Source of the DNA: an uncultured Erysipelotrichaceae bacterium
GTDB taxonomy: Bacteria > Bacillota_I > Bacilli_A > RF39 > UBA660
Direction: 5' to 3'
Length of the DNA: 34,323 bases
Assembly (NCBI GenBank): GCA_902783265.1
Contig: CACZQJ010000072.1
Location: 1 to 34,323, forward strand
Shown: positions 34,284-34,323 of the stretch, in pieces
Position numbering within the stretch: the first letter of the stretch is position 1
How the letters are laid out: each line of letters begins with the position of its first letter
Program-made: the position numbers and the translations under genes
The notes under the pieces: model-generated
What the model was told of the DNA's origin: nothing
Database searches by the model: none
Seen by the model: the letters and a program-made list of their open reading frames with translations, nothing else

Positions 34284-34323
34284 GATATAATAAAAGAGCC
34301 CCACCCGGCAAGGAGGAACTCAT
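34283..34323 (+). promoter_or_regulatory. Extended -10 (TGATATAAT) plus strong SD (AAGGAGG) for a plus-strand gene whose start codon is cut by the window edge
   Basis: TGATATAAT is at 34283-34291 and AAGGAGG at 34310-34316. Five nt further on, AT falls at 34322-34323, which would be the first two bases of an ATG. Confidence 0.4.

Noticed and set aside
34292-34323. The GC-rich stretch AGAGCCCCACCCGGCAAGGAGGAACTCAT as the possible 5' end of a structured RNA or riboswitch.
   Set aside because: Only about 30 nt are visible and I cannot match them to any RNA family. A simpler reading is a leader with SD AAGGAGG and a start codon truncated by the window edge.

Overview
AT-rich (roughly 27-30% GC by eye) chromosomal segment from a spore-forming low-GC Firmicute that uses the standard genetic code (TGA acts as a stop, e.g. 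at ung). I call 38 protein genes, 32 of them on the minus strand, which suggests one leading-strand replichore. There is also a truncated tRNA-His at the left edge, a Met T-box leader, an rpsF autoregulatory-type leader, and several sigma-A-like promoters and intrinsic terminators. Gene content is mostly housekeeping and sporulation. In minus-strand transcription order: spoVT, metG, tatD, a yabE-like G5/3D protein, ksgA, ung, tilS, ftsH, parA, parB, mscS, DUF951, abgT, ychF, rpsF-ssb-rpsR, rpiB, DUF1146, spoIID, a spoIIQ-like gene, spoIIID, mbl, an M18 aminopeptidase, tagO, DUF421, NUDIX and typA. On the plus strand are a cotJ(A/B)-cotJC pair, a secreted thermonuclease, a DUF3592-like membrane protein and a CBS-domain family II pyrophosphatase. 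I found no CRISPR array, transposase, integrase, prophage block or recognisable defence system. The accessory or unexplained content is limited to a few orphan genes. (1) A lone plus-strand 446-aa protein (11708-13048) sits between rpiB and rpsR; its C-terminal half has motifs reminiscent of ADP-ribosyltransferases. This is my best candidate for something undescribed, but it rests on motifs only. (2) A protein made of six tandem helicase-associated (HA) repeats lies immediately upstream of parAB. (3) A 259-aa protein with an extremely acidic C-terminal half lies just upstream of ung. (4) A 76-aa ORF occupies the slot where rnmV sits in Bacillus. Other oddities are a MetRS whose HIGH motif reads QVGN, an SSB whose canonical acidic tip is followed by a 13-aa extension, and a CotJA-CotJB fusion ORF. 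All family assignments come from my reading of the translated ORFs; no database search was run.
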